From Candidatus Spongiisociaceae bacterium (GTDB lineage Bacteria; Actinomycetota; Acidimicrobiia; Spongiisociales; Spongiisociaceae): a stretch of DNA of 64,000 nucleotides. The number at the start of each line of letters is the position of its first letter. Positions within the stretch are counted from its first letter, which is position 1. The stretch covers positions 3,232,001 to 3,296,000 of the forward strand of contig OZ253564.1 of NCBI GenBank assembly GCA_965262915.1. The letters are read 5' to 3'. The notes beneath the pieces are model-generated. The model was not told the origin of the DNA. It saw nothing but the letters and a program-made list of their open reading frames with translations, and ran no database searches. Below are positions 49,528 to 63,260 of this stretch, one piece after another. The translations under genes and the position numbers were made by a program.

Positions 49528-50619
49528 TCAACCGATCCGTAACTCGGGATGGGTCCGGATACGCGGGCGACTCTCGACGATACGCAGGGCGAGGCGATCG
49601 AAGACCGCCGCGGCTTCGCTGTCCGGAGCGGATACGCTGACCGGATCGCCGCGGTCCGCCCCGGCCCGCATCTCGGGTGTGATCGGGATCTGCGCGAGCA
49701 ACTCCACCCCGGTCTGGTGGGCCAGAGCTGCCCCTCCTCCTTCCCCGAAGATGGTGTAGCGCTTCCCGTCGTCACCCGTGAACCAACTCATGTTCTCCAC
49801 CACACCGATCAGTTTCTGATCCACCCGCTCGGCCATTCGGGCCGCGCGGGAGGCCACCCGACGGGCCGTGGGTTGCGGAGTCGTCACCAGGAGCACCCGT
49901 GCGCGCGGTACGAACTGGGAGATCGAGATCGCCACATCCCCGGTGCCCGGGGGCATGTCGATCAACAGGAAGGAGGGATCGTCCCAGAAGACATCGGTGA
50001 GGAACTGCTCGAGAGCCTTGTGGAGCATCGGGCCCCTCCACACGACGGCTTGGCCGTCCGGCACGAAGTAGTCGATGGAGATCACCGACACGCCGTGAGA
50101 CCGGAGGGGCAGGATCGAATCCGCTATCACCACCGGGGCTCCATCGGCTCCCAGCATCCTCGGGATCGAGTACCCCCACACATCCGCGTCGATGACCCCG
50201 ACGGTGTGGCCCGACGCGGCCAGGCTCACTGCCAGATTGGTGGTCACCGAGGATTTGCCCACCCCTCCCTTGCCGGAGGACACCGCCACCACGAACGTCG
50301 AGGAACCAGGCCCACCCACCGGCCGCTTCTCGCCGCGGACGCGGGCCATCAGGTCGGTGCGCTGATCGTCGTTCATCAGCTCGTGTTCGATCCTTACCGA
50401 GCGCACCCCGCCCACCGAGTGGGCCGCGGCGGTCACCACCTCGATGAGCTCATGGCCCGGCGGCCCGGGAACCGGGATCATCAGGTCGACTACCGCAGTT
50501 CCCAGCCGCCTGATCCTGACTGATCTCAGGTAGCCGACTTCGCCCAACGGGCGTCGGAGGATGGGATCGATCATGGCGGAGAGGACAGCGGTAAGCGCCT
50601 CGGCCTTCGATTCACTCAT
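49528..50619 (-). CDS. mrp: Mrp/NBP35 (ApbC) Fe-S carrier ATPase
   Basis: SGKGGVGKSS, DADVWGYS, WRGPMLHKAL, DMPPGTGD, ENMS. Confidence 0.93.
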   Translation of the reverse strand: MSESKAEALTAVLSAMIDPILRRPLGEVGYLRSVRIRRLGTAVVDLMIPVPGPPGHELIEVVTAAAHSVGGVRSVRIEHELMNDDQRTDLMARVRGEKRPVGGPGSSTFVVAVSSGKGGVGKSSVTTNLAVSLAASGHTVGVIDADVWGYSIPRMLGADGAPVVIADSILPLRSHGVSVISIDYFVPDGQAVVWRGPMLHKALEQFLTDVFWDDPSFLLIDMPPGTGDVAISISQFVPRARVLLVTTPQPTARRVASRAARMAERVDQKLIGVVENMSWFTGDDGKRYTIFGEGGGAALAHQTGVELLAQIPITPEMRAGADRGDPVSVSAPDSEAAAVFDRLALRIVESRPRIRTHPELRIG

Positions 50620-50692
50620 ATCGTGGGATCGCTCAGAGTGCCAACATTATAGTGAGCAACGGTAGCCTGCCTTTGCTCGGGTGACATGGTCT

Positions 50693-51134
50693 ATGGACAC
50701 AGCCGATTTCGACCGCCGGCTCGGAGCGTTGACCGCCAGCCTCGGCGACGCCACCCGCCGCGGCATCTATATCGCCGCCCGGGAGTCCTCCGAGCCGCAA
50801 GACTCCCCGCTCCGGCTGTCCCGCCAAGGGCTACACCGTCTCGCAACAGGAGATCGGGCTACCCACCGACGAGGGCTTCGAAGGGACGGTCCGCGCCGTC
50901 GCCCGTGTCATGACCGGCATCGGATTCGGGGTCGAGGCGGATCCCGGCCGATCCCGCCTGATCACCAACCATTGCCCGTTCGGAGACATGGCAACCCGGT
51001 ACCCCGAGGTGGTGTGCTCGCTCGATCAGGGGTTGCTCGACGGCCTCATGGGGAAGCTCGACCGGAGATGGGAGCCGGTGCTCTTCCCCCGCTCGACAGT
51101 CGGCGAGGTTTGCATAACCGAGGTTCGCTGCTGA
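50693..51134 (+). pseudogene. ArsR/SufR-like HTH regulator with internal deletion and frameshift
   Basis: N-terminal LGDATRRGIY...SSEP; HTH core missing; C-terminal NHCPF..A..YPEVVC.L..GL in a different frame. Confidence 0.7.
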
Positions 51135-51388
51135 CCCTCCCCGGGAATGCGGCACAACGACGATTGCTGTCGGCCAGTTACCCGCTGACCGGGCATCCGG
51201 GGTTGAGGGGTGGGCCCCGGTGGATTGCTCGGCACTCTGCCATCGCTCGCCGGGGGCTTGGCGGCAGACCGGGTGCCGGGCGAAGGAGGTGGCCCACGCC
51301 AATTAGGATGGGACTGCAGGGTACGGGCACTCGTGCGTGACGGCCGGTGACCACACCTAGAAATCCAAGAACACCGGGACCGGGGACG

Positions 51389-54076
<2,688 letters not shown>

Positions 54077-54204
54077 CAGAGCGCCCATACATCGATCCGC
54101 CCCGCTCCCCGAACGGGCGACGGACGAGAGCGAGTCGGGGGGCGGAGCCTGTTCCGCGCCGGCGGTCGTACCGGACACCTCGGATACCCCACTATTGTGG
54201 GACC

Positions 54205-54846
54205 GTGGGCGCGACACACGAAGATCCGCCGGCTGAGCCAGACGGGGTTGGTTCCCGCAACCGCTCGGCTACCGCTGTCCTCCCGATCATCGTTGTCCTG
54301 CTGACCGCGGTCATCGGCGCGGTGGTGGTGCTCCGTACGGTCGGTGGCGAGGACCCGCCCGAACCGCCGTCCGGCGACGCAGCGGTGCCCGCCATCGACG
54401 TGGCGAGCTTTCCGAAGGGAGCGCTGGCCGGCGAACCGGCCCCCGAGATGTCGGTGCCCCTTTTCGACGGTTCCGAGTTCCTGCTCTCCCAGCACATGTC
54501 GGAGGACGGACGGCCGCTGGTGCTGAACCTGTGGGCCAGCTGGTGCACACCGTGCCGCCGGGAGATACCGGAGTTCTCCGAGGTTGCGGAGGCCAATCCG
54601 GATGTCGCTTTCCTGGGCGTGGCGGTGGAGGACGCCCGGGGCCCGGCAGAGGCGTTCGCGGCCGAGGTGGAAGCGTCCTACCCGCTGGGAATCGACCAGC
54701 ACCTGACCGTGAAGAACGGTTACCCGTTCATCGGGCTCCCCGTCACCTACCTGATCGCCTCCGACGGCACCGTCGCCCGCCAGATCCAGGGCCAGCTCAG
54801 CGGAGCCGCGCTGCAGGCCTTCATCGACCACGATTTCGATACCTGA
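54205..54846 (+). CDS. TlpA-family thiol-disulfide oxidoreductase
   Basis: TM anchor, NLWASWCTPCRREIP, GLPVTY. Confidence 0.92.
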   Translation: MGATHEDPPAEPDGVGSRNRSATAVLPIIVVLLTAVIGAVVVLRTVGGEDPPEPPSGDAAVPAIDVASFPKGALAGEPAPEMSVPLFDGSEFLLSQHMSEDGRPLVLNLWASWCTPCRREIPEFSEVAEANPDVAFLGVAVEDARGPAEAFAAEVEASYPLGIDQHLTVKNGYPFIGLPVTYLIASDGTVARQIQGQLSGAALQAFIDHDFDT

Positions 54847-54986
54847 ACGGTACCCGTAAGCGGTCCGCGTAGATTCTCGATGACCGGGCCGGCGCTCAGC
54901 TGAGCGTGACGGTGCGGACATGGGTACGGCCGAGCGGCCATCCGGTCCCGATCGAGATGGAGACCGTACCGCAGGTACCCATCCGA

Positions 54987-55487
54987 TCAATCCGTCCGGA
55001 TCCGGCGGAAGTCTCTCTGCCAGTAGAGGAGCGGTCTCGCGTGGTCGTAGAGGGCGGCCTGTTCGACATGCCCGATGAATATGGTGTGGTCGCCCGCTTC
55101 GACGAACTCGACGGTTCGGCACTCCAGGCAGGCGTAGGAATCCTCCGGGAGCCGTAGCCCGGCACCCTCGTAATCGGGTCTGGTCACCGCCAGGCCCTCG
55201 AACTTGTCGGGATCCTTGGAGGCGAACCGCAGCGCCACCCGGGCGGTCCCCTCGCGGAGCATGTTGACGGTGAACCCTTCGGCGATCCGCAGAGCTTCGA
55301 TGCTGTGCGATGAATGGTCGATGCAGATCAGGACGAGGGGAGGATCGAGCGACACCGACGTGAAGGCCGAGACGGTGAGGCCGTGGTGACGTTCGCCGGT
55401 GCAGCTCGTGACGACGGTGACGCTGGCCGCGAAGTTCGACATGATGTCGCGGAACAGGTCCTGGAACGAGGCGGATTCTGATCTCAA
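54987..55487 (-). CDS. Flavin reductase-like protein
   Basis: FTSVSLDPPLVL.C, AGDHTIFIG, PLLY. Confidence 0.92.
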   Translation of the reverse strand: MRSESASFQDLFRDIMSNFAASVTVVTSCTGERHHGLTVSAFTSVSLDPPLVLICIDHSSHSIEALRIAEGFTVNMLREGTARVALRFASKDPDKFEGLAVTRPDYEGAGLRLPEDSYACLECRTVEFVEAGDHTIFIGHVEQAALYDHARPLLYWQRDFRRIRTD

Positions 55488-55518
55488 GCACGACTCCCTT
55501 CCCGGCAGGCAGGCTAGT

Positions 55519-55779
55519 AGTGGTCTGTCTGCGAGATGGCGGTGTGACATGCGCCGGCAGCGACGTTACTCGCAAGGCCCGCCGACGAAGGGCGTACCCG
55601 CAGCGGTACGTCGAGGAGGCGGAACGCCGCGAGGGACGTCGATGGCAAGCAGGACACAGCGAATCATCTCGCAGGCGGACCACTGAGCGTCTGTCTGCGA
55701 GATGGCGGTGTGACATGCGCCGGCAGCGGCCATCGATGGCAGACAGGGCACAGCGAGGTATCTTGCGCACGAGCCACCA
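55519..55779. repeat. Palindromic 166-bp element (20-bp terminal IR) followed by an internally deleted copy
   Basis: AGTGGTCTGTCTGCGAGATG (55519-55538) / CATCTCGCAGGCGGACCACT (55665-55684); 40-bp exact direct repeat at 55523-55562 and 55689-55728. Confidence 0.85.
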
Positions 55780-55800
55780 CACGCCCCTAACCTGGTATCC

Positions 55801-57381
55801 GTGACACATCCCGTCCCGCTCCGGACCGCTCGAGGGTTCGGTATCACCGCAGTAGCACCCCACGAGTTGTCCACCCTGGCAGCACTGGAAGTCATGCAGG
55901 CAGGCGGGAACGCAGCGGACGGAGCCATGGCCGCCAACGCGGTGCAGGGCGTCGTCGCCCCCGAGACGTGCGGGATCGGAGGTGACCTGTTCGCTCTGGT
56001 CCATGTACCGGGGACGCCGGCTCCCGCGTGCCTGAACGCTTCGGGCCGGGCAGGGTCGGGCGCAAGCGCCCGGGCGTTGAGGGACCGGGGCCACACGACC
56101 ATGCCTCTCTACGGACCGGCCACCGTAACCGTGCCCGGCTGCGTCGACGGCTGGTACGCGCTGGCCGGCCGCTACGGTTCCCTGCCGCTCTCCGAGGTGC
56201 TCGCCCCCGCTCTCCGGCTGGCGCGAGGGGGGTTCCCGGCCTCGTCGGAGCTGTCGGCGACATGGGCCCGTCATGCCCACCGCCTCCGGACCCAGCCGTC
56301 GGCGGCGCCCATGTTCCCCGGCGGCCGACCACCGCTGGTCGGGCAGCGGATCACCCGGCCCTACCTCGCCGAGACCCTCGGGGCGGTCATCTCAGGGCGT
56401 GACAGCTTCTACCTCGAGCGGGTCGGCGCCGCCATAACCAAGGCGACCGGCAACGCCATAACGAGCGAAGACCTGGACCGGCCCCAGGCTGACTGGGTGG
56501 AACCGTTGTCCGGGAACCTGTTCGGCCTCACCGCCTGGACAACACCCCCCAACAGCCAGGGATACCTGACCCTGGCAACGCTGTCCATCTTCGAGATGCT
56601 GGAGGTGACGACGGATCCCGTACGTCCGGCTTACTGGCACAGCCTGATCGAGGCATACCGCTCGGTCGCCTGGGAACGAAACCACCTCCTGGCGGATCCG
56701 TCCCGAGGCGCACCGGGCTCCGAGCTCCTCGACCCCGACCTGCTCCAACGCCGGGCCGCCGTGATCCGACCGCACCGGGCCGGCCGCTGGGAGCGCCCCG
56801 TACCGGCCGCCGGGGGTACTGCCTACATGTGTGCCGTGGACGGTAACGGGATGGGCGTCTCGCTCATCCAGTCCAACTTCCACGGGATCGGCTCGGGGCT
56901 CTCGGCGGGCCGCACCGGAGTCTGGCTGCACAATCGCGGCGCGGGTTTCAGCCTCACCCCGGGGCATCGTAACGAGCTGGCGCCCGGACGGAGGCCGCTC
57001 CATACCCTGTCCCCCACCATCTGGACCCGGGGAGATCGGCTCGCCCTGGTTCTGGGTACCAGAGGCGGGCACCAGCAACCGCAGCTGCTGGCCCAGGTAG
57101 CCGCCAACCACTTCCACGCCGGCCTCGACCTGGCCGATGCCCAAGCCCTTCCCCGCTGGACTATCGGCGACATCGGCACTGCCGCGTCGGAGCCGGCCGT
57201 GGAAGATCGCGTCGACACATCCTTCGCCGACTCCCTCAGAGATCGTGGCCACGATGTGACGATCGCAGATCGATGGATGGCGGATTGGGGACCGGTGTCG
57301 GCCATCCGGATCGGTCGCCACGGGCTCCGCGAGGCGGTGGCCGATCCCCGGGTGGACACGGCACTGGCCCTCAGCCGATGA
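55801..57381 (+). CDS. Gamma-glutamyltransferase family protein
   Basis: GGNAAD, GIGGDLF, PPNSQG, GTAYMCAVD, NRGAGF, RPLHTL, ADPR. Confidence 0.93.
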   Translation: MTHPVPLRTARGFGITAVAPHELSTLAALEVMQAGGNAADGAMAANAVQGVVAPETCGIGGDLFALVHVPGTPAPACLNASGRAGSGASARALRDRGHTTMPLYGPATVTVPGCVDGWYALAGRYGSLPLSEVLAPALRLARGGFPASSELSATWARHAHRLRTQPSAAPMFPGGRPPLVGQRITRPYLAETLGAVISGRDSFYLERVGAAITKATGNAITSEDLDRPQADWVEPLSGNLFGLTAWTTPPNSQGYLTLATLSIFEMLEVTTDPVRPAYWHSLIEAYRSVAWERNHLLADPSRGAPGSELLDPDLLQRRAAVIRPHRAGRWERPVPAAGGTAYMCAVDGNGMGVSLIQSNFHGIGSGLSAGRTGVWLHNRGAGFSLTPGHRNELAPGRRPLHTLSPTIWTRGDRLALVLGTRGGHQQPQLLAQVAANHFHAGLDLADAQALPRWTIGDIGTAASEPAVEDRVDTSFADSLRDRGHDVTIADRWMADWGPVSAIRIGRHGLREAVADPRVDTALALSR

Positions 57382-57397
57382 TTGACCGGGGCGATGC

Positions 57398-58417
57398 TCA
57401 GCCCCTCATCGCCGCTACCGCCACCGCCCATTCCTCGTCTGTGACGGATCCCATCCCGCCACCCAAGGCGTAGTAGCCAACCCGGTCCAGCAGACCTTCG
57501 TACCGGGCCCGGACAGCCTCCCCAAGCTGATCGATAGGTGCCTCCACGGCCATCTCGGCCAGCGCCTCGTCAGGGATCGCTCCTGCCATCTCGGCCCATT
57601 CGCCTCGCTTCGACATGGCCGTGAGAAGGGGACCGAAGTCCCACCCGTGAACCTCGAGGACGCTGCGGTAGGCAGGCGTGGAGGCGTAGAAGGCGATCTG
57701 CTGCCTCACCTGGGCGCGCATGTCCGCCATCTCACTCTCATCCCGGCCGGTGATCACGAACACGGTCGACGCCAGCTCGACCGCATCGACCGGCCTGCCC
57801 GCCGCGCGTGCGCCTTCGGCCATGGCGGGCAGGGTCACCTCACGCAGGAACCTGACCGTATGGAACGGGTGGACGTGGTATCCGTCACACATCTCACCGG
57901 CGAGGCGGGACATGTACGGGCCGACCCCTGCTATGTAGACAGGTATCCGGGGGTGCTCGATCGGTCCGGGGTTGAAGAAGGGGGTCATGAGGGTGAAGGA
58001 GTAGAACTCGCCCCTAAAACGGAGGGGCACGCCGTTCTGCCACGTATTCCAGATGGCCCTCAGAGCCCGGATGAACTCGGCCAACCGGGCGGCCGGCGAG
58101 CCCCACGGCATCGAGAACCTACGCTGCACGTGCGGCTTGATCTGGGTGCCGAGACCGAGAAGGAACCGCCCCCGCGTGAGGGAAGCCAGGTCCCAGGCCG
58201 TCTGGGCCACCACCATCGGGGAACGGGCGAAGGCCACCGCGATGGCGGTCCCCAGGTCCAGACCGGGAGCAGCGGGCGCGGCAGCCACGATGGGAAGGAA
58301 CGGCTCGTGGGCGCTGTCGGCCGTGAAGATGCCGTCGTAGCCGATGTCCCGTGCCCGGGCCGCCCGCCGGGAGACCGCTTCGAGCCGGCCATCGGGAAGG
58401 TAGTAATCGATCTTCAT
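57398..58417 (-). CDS. F420-dependent LLM-class oxidoreductase
   Basis: GTAIAVAFARSP, GLGTQIKPH..RRF, TLMTPFFNPGP, FYASTPAY. Confidence 0.9.
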   Translation of the reverse strand: MKIDYYLPDGRLEAVSRRAARARDIGYDGIFTADSAHEPFLPIVAAAPAAPGLDLGTAIAVAFARSPMVVAQTAWDLASLTRGRFLLGLGTQIKPHVQRRFSMPWGSPAARLAEFIRALRAIWNTWQNGVPLRFRGEFYSFTLMTPFFNPGPIEHPRIPVYIAGVGPYMSRLAGEMCDGYHVHPFHTVRFLREVTLPAMAEGARAAGRPVDAVELASTVFVITGRDESEMADMRAQVRQQIAFYASTPAYRSVLEVHGWDFGPLLTAMSKRGEWAEMAGAIPDEALAEMAVEAPIDQLGEAVRARYEGLLDRVGYYALGGGMGSVTDEEWAVAVAAMRG

Positions 58418-58683
58418 GCCCTTCCTTCCCTAAACCGCCCCGGGAGGGTGCTGAGAGACGCCACGTTGGCCCGCCGGTCGATGACCGGATGCCGCGTCAG
58501 CGGACGACGGGCCAACCATCTCTACCCGTTCTCAGAACTCCCCCGCCGGGACAAGGCTACCGGCGACCACGACCAGCAACCGGTTAGAACTGCGACATGG
58601 GTACCATCCGTACACGGTCACTACGACCGGGTACAGTAGGCAGGGCCTGCAGGACCAGAATCCGGAAGGAACGAGGCACGGCC

Positions 58684-59010
58684 ATGAAGCGGCTGCTGAA
58701 ATTATTTGCTTTCCTCGGGGGTCTCGGGGCGGTGGGATGGCTGATCCGGCACCGGTTTATCAGCATGACCATGAATCGGGAACCGGAACTCCCCGAAATG
58801 GCGCCCGAGCCCGTAGTCGACCCTCCGCCCACCAGCGACCTCACCCGGCTCGACGGTATCGCGCCGGATGACGTCGACCGCTTCTACTCGGCAGGCATCA
58901 CCACTGCTGCGCAGCTCGCCGCGGCCGATGCCCGAACCCTCGCAGCCCGGACGGGGATAGACGAGGCGCAACTGCTTACCTGGATCGAGCAGGCCGGCAC
59001 CCTCGCCTGA
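58684..59010 (+). CDS. Membrane-anchored helix-hairpin-helix (DUF4332-like) protein
   Basis: N-terminal TM, DLTRLDGI......AGI...QLAAAD...WIEQA. Confidence 0.75.
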   Translation: MKRLLKLFAFLGGLGAVGWLIRHRFISMTMNREPELPEMAPEPVVDPPPTSDLTRLDGIAPDDVDRFYSAGITTAAQLAAADARTLAARTGIDEAQLLTWIEQAGTLA

Positions 59011-59038
59011 GCACCGGGAAACCTCGCCGGTCCGCCTC

Positions 59039-60034
59039 CTAATCCCGATCGACCAGGGCGCCGAATCCTCCTCCTGTGTGCCAGAATACGACGTGGTCGT
59101 CGCGGTCGAACCGACCCTTGGCGATTTCGATTCGAAGGCCGTAGATCGCTTTGCCGGTGTAGGTCGGGTCGAAGAGCAACCCCGTAAGCCGGGTAGCCTC
59201 GGCCTGTACCTCGACCAGTTCATCGGTCACCCGCGCGTACCCGCCGGTCAGGTAGCGATCGATGTACTCGAGGGGTGGTGACGGCATCTCGCCTCCGAAG
59301 GCTTCAACCCCGGATGACCAGATCCGCCTCACACGAGCCACCAACGAATCGGCGGGTTCCGAGATACAGAGCGCCACGATGGGAGTACGGAAACCGGCCC
59401 GGTCCGCCCCCCAGCCGAATCCGGAGGTGGTGCCTCCGGACGAGCCCGTGTGCCATATCTCGGCCACGTCCTGGCCGATCACCTGCGGGATCTGCTCGAT
59501 CAGTTCCCCGAATCCCAGCGACATCCCCCACATCCCCAGCCTGTCGGAGGCGCCTTGAGGAATCACCCACACCTTGCGGCCTACCGCCTCCAACCGTCCC
59601 GCATCCTCGGCCATGATGGCGTCCCGATCCTCCCACTCGTCCACCGAGATGTAACGGATGGTGGCGCCGGCCAGCGAATCGATCAGCAGGTTGGCCACCG
59701 CTCTGGCGGGTTTCTTACCGTCGGCGGTACGGAGGACCAGCCGCACGTCGAAGCCGAGCCGCGCGCAGGCGAGTGCGGTAGCCCGGCAGTGGTTGGACTG
59801 GACCGCCCCGCACGTGATCACCGTGTCGGCACCCGCTTCCCGGGCCGCCGCCAGATGGAACTCAAGCTTTCGAACCTTGTTGCCGGACAGGCCGAAGCCG
59901 GTCAGATCATCACGCTTCACCCATATATGAGGACCGCCCCAGGCTTCCCGCAGGCGGGGGAACTCCTCGAGCGGAGTGGGCTTGTAAGCAAGATCGATCC
60001 GGGGTAGCAGCTGACGCAGAGACAATTCGGACAC
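59039..60034 (-). CDS. D-cysteine desulfhydrase / ACC deaminase family PLP enzyme
   Basis: KRDDLTG..LSGNKVRKLE, QSNHCR, DPTYTGKA, FWHTGG. Confidence 0.92.
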   Translation of the reverse strand: MSELSLRQLLPRIDLAYKPTPLEEFPRLREAWGGPHIWVKRDDLTGFGLSGNKVRKLEFHLAAAREAGADTVITCGAVQSNHCRATALACARLGFDVRLVLRTADGKKPARAVANLLIDSLAGATIRYISVDEWEDRDAIMAEDAGRLEAVGRKVWVIPQGASDRLGMWGMSLGFGELIEQIPQVIGQDVAEIWHTGSSGGTTSGFGWGADRAGFRTPIVALCISEPADSLVARVRRIWSSGVEAFGGEMPSPPLEYIDRYLTGGYARVTDELVEVQAEATRLTGLLFDPTYTGKAIYGLRIEIAKGRFDRDDHVVFWHTGGGFGALVDRD

Positions 60035-60160
60035 CTTCCTGAAGCTGACCGGAAGACTACCGCGCCTCCCGGCAATCAGGACCGACCCTTGGCCGGCCGT
60101 GGCAGGTGATCCGTCGGCTCCCGAGGCTCTGGGTCTTCGATCTCATAAGCTTGCGAGTAG

Positions 60161-60224
60161 GGCTGTGACATTTATCACAGCCTGATGTATATTATAAACC
60201 AAAACAAAACACTACAGTTTATAA
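60161..60224. promoter_or_regulatory. AT-rich segment with two inverted repeats, candidate promoter/operator
   Basis: GGCTGTGA-N6-TCACAGCC (60161-60182) and TTATAAAC-N17-GTTTATAA (60192-60224). Confidence 0.45.
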
Positions 60225-60344
60225 GCTCGCCATGCCGAGGTTCCCGCCGGAGCAGCCGGTTCCCAGGCCTGGCCCGTGCTACATTGCGATGAGGAAGTGG
60301 ACTCCCGCCTTTTCATCCGGACCGGAAGGGAGTGGTGGGGATTT

Positions 60345-60590
60345 ATGAGCCCGGAAGTCCTACGAGAGGGTCCCTTTCGGTTCTTTTTCTGGTCGGGAGA
60401 CCGCGGGCATCCGCCGCATATCCATGTACGGAGGGACGACAAGACAGCAAGGTTCTCGCTGGAACCGGTACAGCCGGAGAGCAGTGGTCGAATGACAGCA
60501 AAAGAGATCGGACAGATCCAGAAGATCATCACGAGAAACCGAGACACCATGCTGAGGGCTTGGTATGAAACTTTCCGAGAACAAGGATAG
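60345..60590 (+). CDS. DUF4160 domain protein (putative TA toxin partner)
   Basis: P.VLREGPFRFFFWS.D..HPPHIHV...ARF.LEP. Confidence 0.88.
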   Translation: MSPEVLREGPFRFFFWSGDRGHPPHIHVRRDDKTARFSLEPVQPESSGRMTAKEIGQIQKIITRNRDTMLRAWYETFREQG

Positions 60591-60924
60591 GTGCCCGCGG
60601 GCCCAGAAGGTGGAGGTCACACGGGACACTCTCACGATCCGGTTACGCGACGGCCGGACCCTCACCGTCCCGCTCGCGTGGTACCCGCGGCTGCACGACG
60701 GTACGTTCGAGGAACGCAGCAAATGGGAGCTGATAGGTGACGGTATCGGGATACATTGGGCGGACCTAGACGAGGATATCAGCGTTGAGCACCTGCTCGC
60801 CGGTGTCCGGTCGTCCGAAAGCAGCCAGTCCCTGGCTCGATGGATGCTGGCGCGCCGAGCAGGTCGCGGGGTGACCCTGCACGAGATCGCGGCGCACCGA
60901 GACGCTCGCAGCACCGCCCTCTAA
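60565..60924 (+). CDS. DUF2442 domain protein (putative antitoxin)
   Basis: L.DGRTL.VPLAWYPRL, GIHW.DLDEDISVE.LL; overlaps the DUF4160 gene. Confidence 0.9.
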   Translation: MKLSENKDRCPRAQKVEVTRDTLTIRLRDGRTLTVPLAWYPRLHDGTFEERSKWELIGDGIGIHWADLDEDISVEHLLAGVRSSESSQSLARWMLARRAGRGVTLHEIAAHRDARSTAL

Positions 60925-60984
60925 CCCGTCCTTCACCATAACTGCGCATGGCCGCCGGATCCGGGGCCACGGCATCAGGGTCTA

Positions 60985-61026
60985 CAAGAAAGGCGGCCCG
61001 TCGCTCGGGACGGGCCGCCTTTCTTG
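60985..61026. terminator. Intrinsic terminator downstream of groEL, probably bidirectional
   Basis: CAAGAAAGGCGGCCCGTC-N6-GACGGGCCGCCTTTCTTG. Confidence 0.88.
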
Positions 61027-61046
61027 CGTTTGTGACGATGGTGTGA

Positions 61047-62705
<1,659 letters not shown>

Positions 62706-62728
62706 CTAATCCTGTCCTACAGCAACCG

Positions 62729-63019
62729 TCAACCGACGATCGCCAACAGGTCGCGGGACGAGAGGATCAGATACTCATCGCCTTCATGTTTCAATTCGGT
62801 GCCTCCGAACTTGGAGTAGACGACCACATCACCCTCGGATACATCGAGGGGGATCCGCTCTCCGTCATCACTCAGATCACCAGGCCCCACAGCCATAATC
62901 GTTCCGGTCTGTGGTTTTTCCTTGGCCGTGTCGGGGATTACCAGTCCCGACGACGTGCGCTGCTCGTCATCCTCGTTGGGCCTGACGATCACACGGCCGC
63001 CGAGTGGCTTCAGATTCAT
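62729..63019 (-). CDS. groS: Co-chaperonin GroES
   Basis: [27 protein letters not shown]. Confidence 0.99.
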   Translation of the reverse strand: MNLKPLGGRVIVRPNEDDEQRTSSGLVIPDTAKEKPQTGTIMAVGPGDLSDDGERIPLDVSEGDVVVYSKFGGTELKHEGDEYLILSSRDLLAIVG

Positions 63020-63134
63020 CCGAAGTCCTCCTTAAACAGGTGAATATGCGTACAAAGCGCCAACCGCCCGATCGGGCGGCACCGGTGTCAGGGACAGTCT
63101 GCGAAGCGATTCGCCGACAGACCGCTGGGCCGGA

Positions 63135-63191
63135 TTGGCACTCGTACCTTACGAGTGCCAAACGCTAGCAGACTCTGCCGGAGAGTGCTAA
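63135..63191 (-). promoter_or_regulatory. Tandem CIRCE (HrcA operators)
   Basis: TTGGCACTC-N9-GAGTGCCAA (63135-63161) and CTAGCAGAC-N9-GAGTGCTAA (63165-63191) upstream of groES. Confidence 0.93.
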
Positions 63192-63260
63192 TCCGGTGGC
63201 TGGTGGTGAGTGGCCGGTCGTCGAGGATCGGTGTCCAGCGCTGTGGTCATTCGCCACTGA

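Noticed and set aside
50636-50644. GAGTGCCAA, CIRCE-like, upstream of mrp
   Set aside because: Half-site only; no matching arm 9 nt away.
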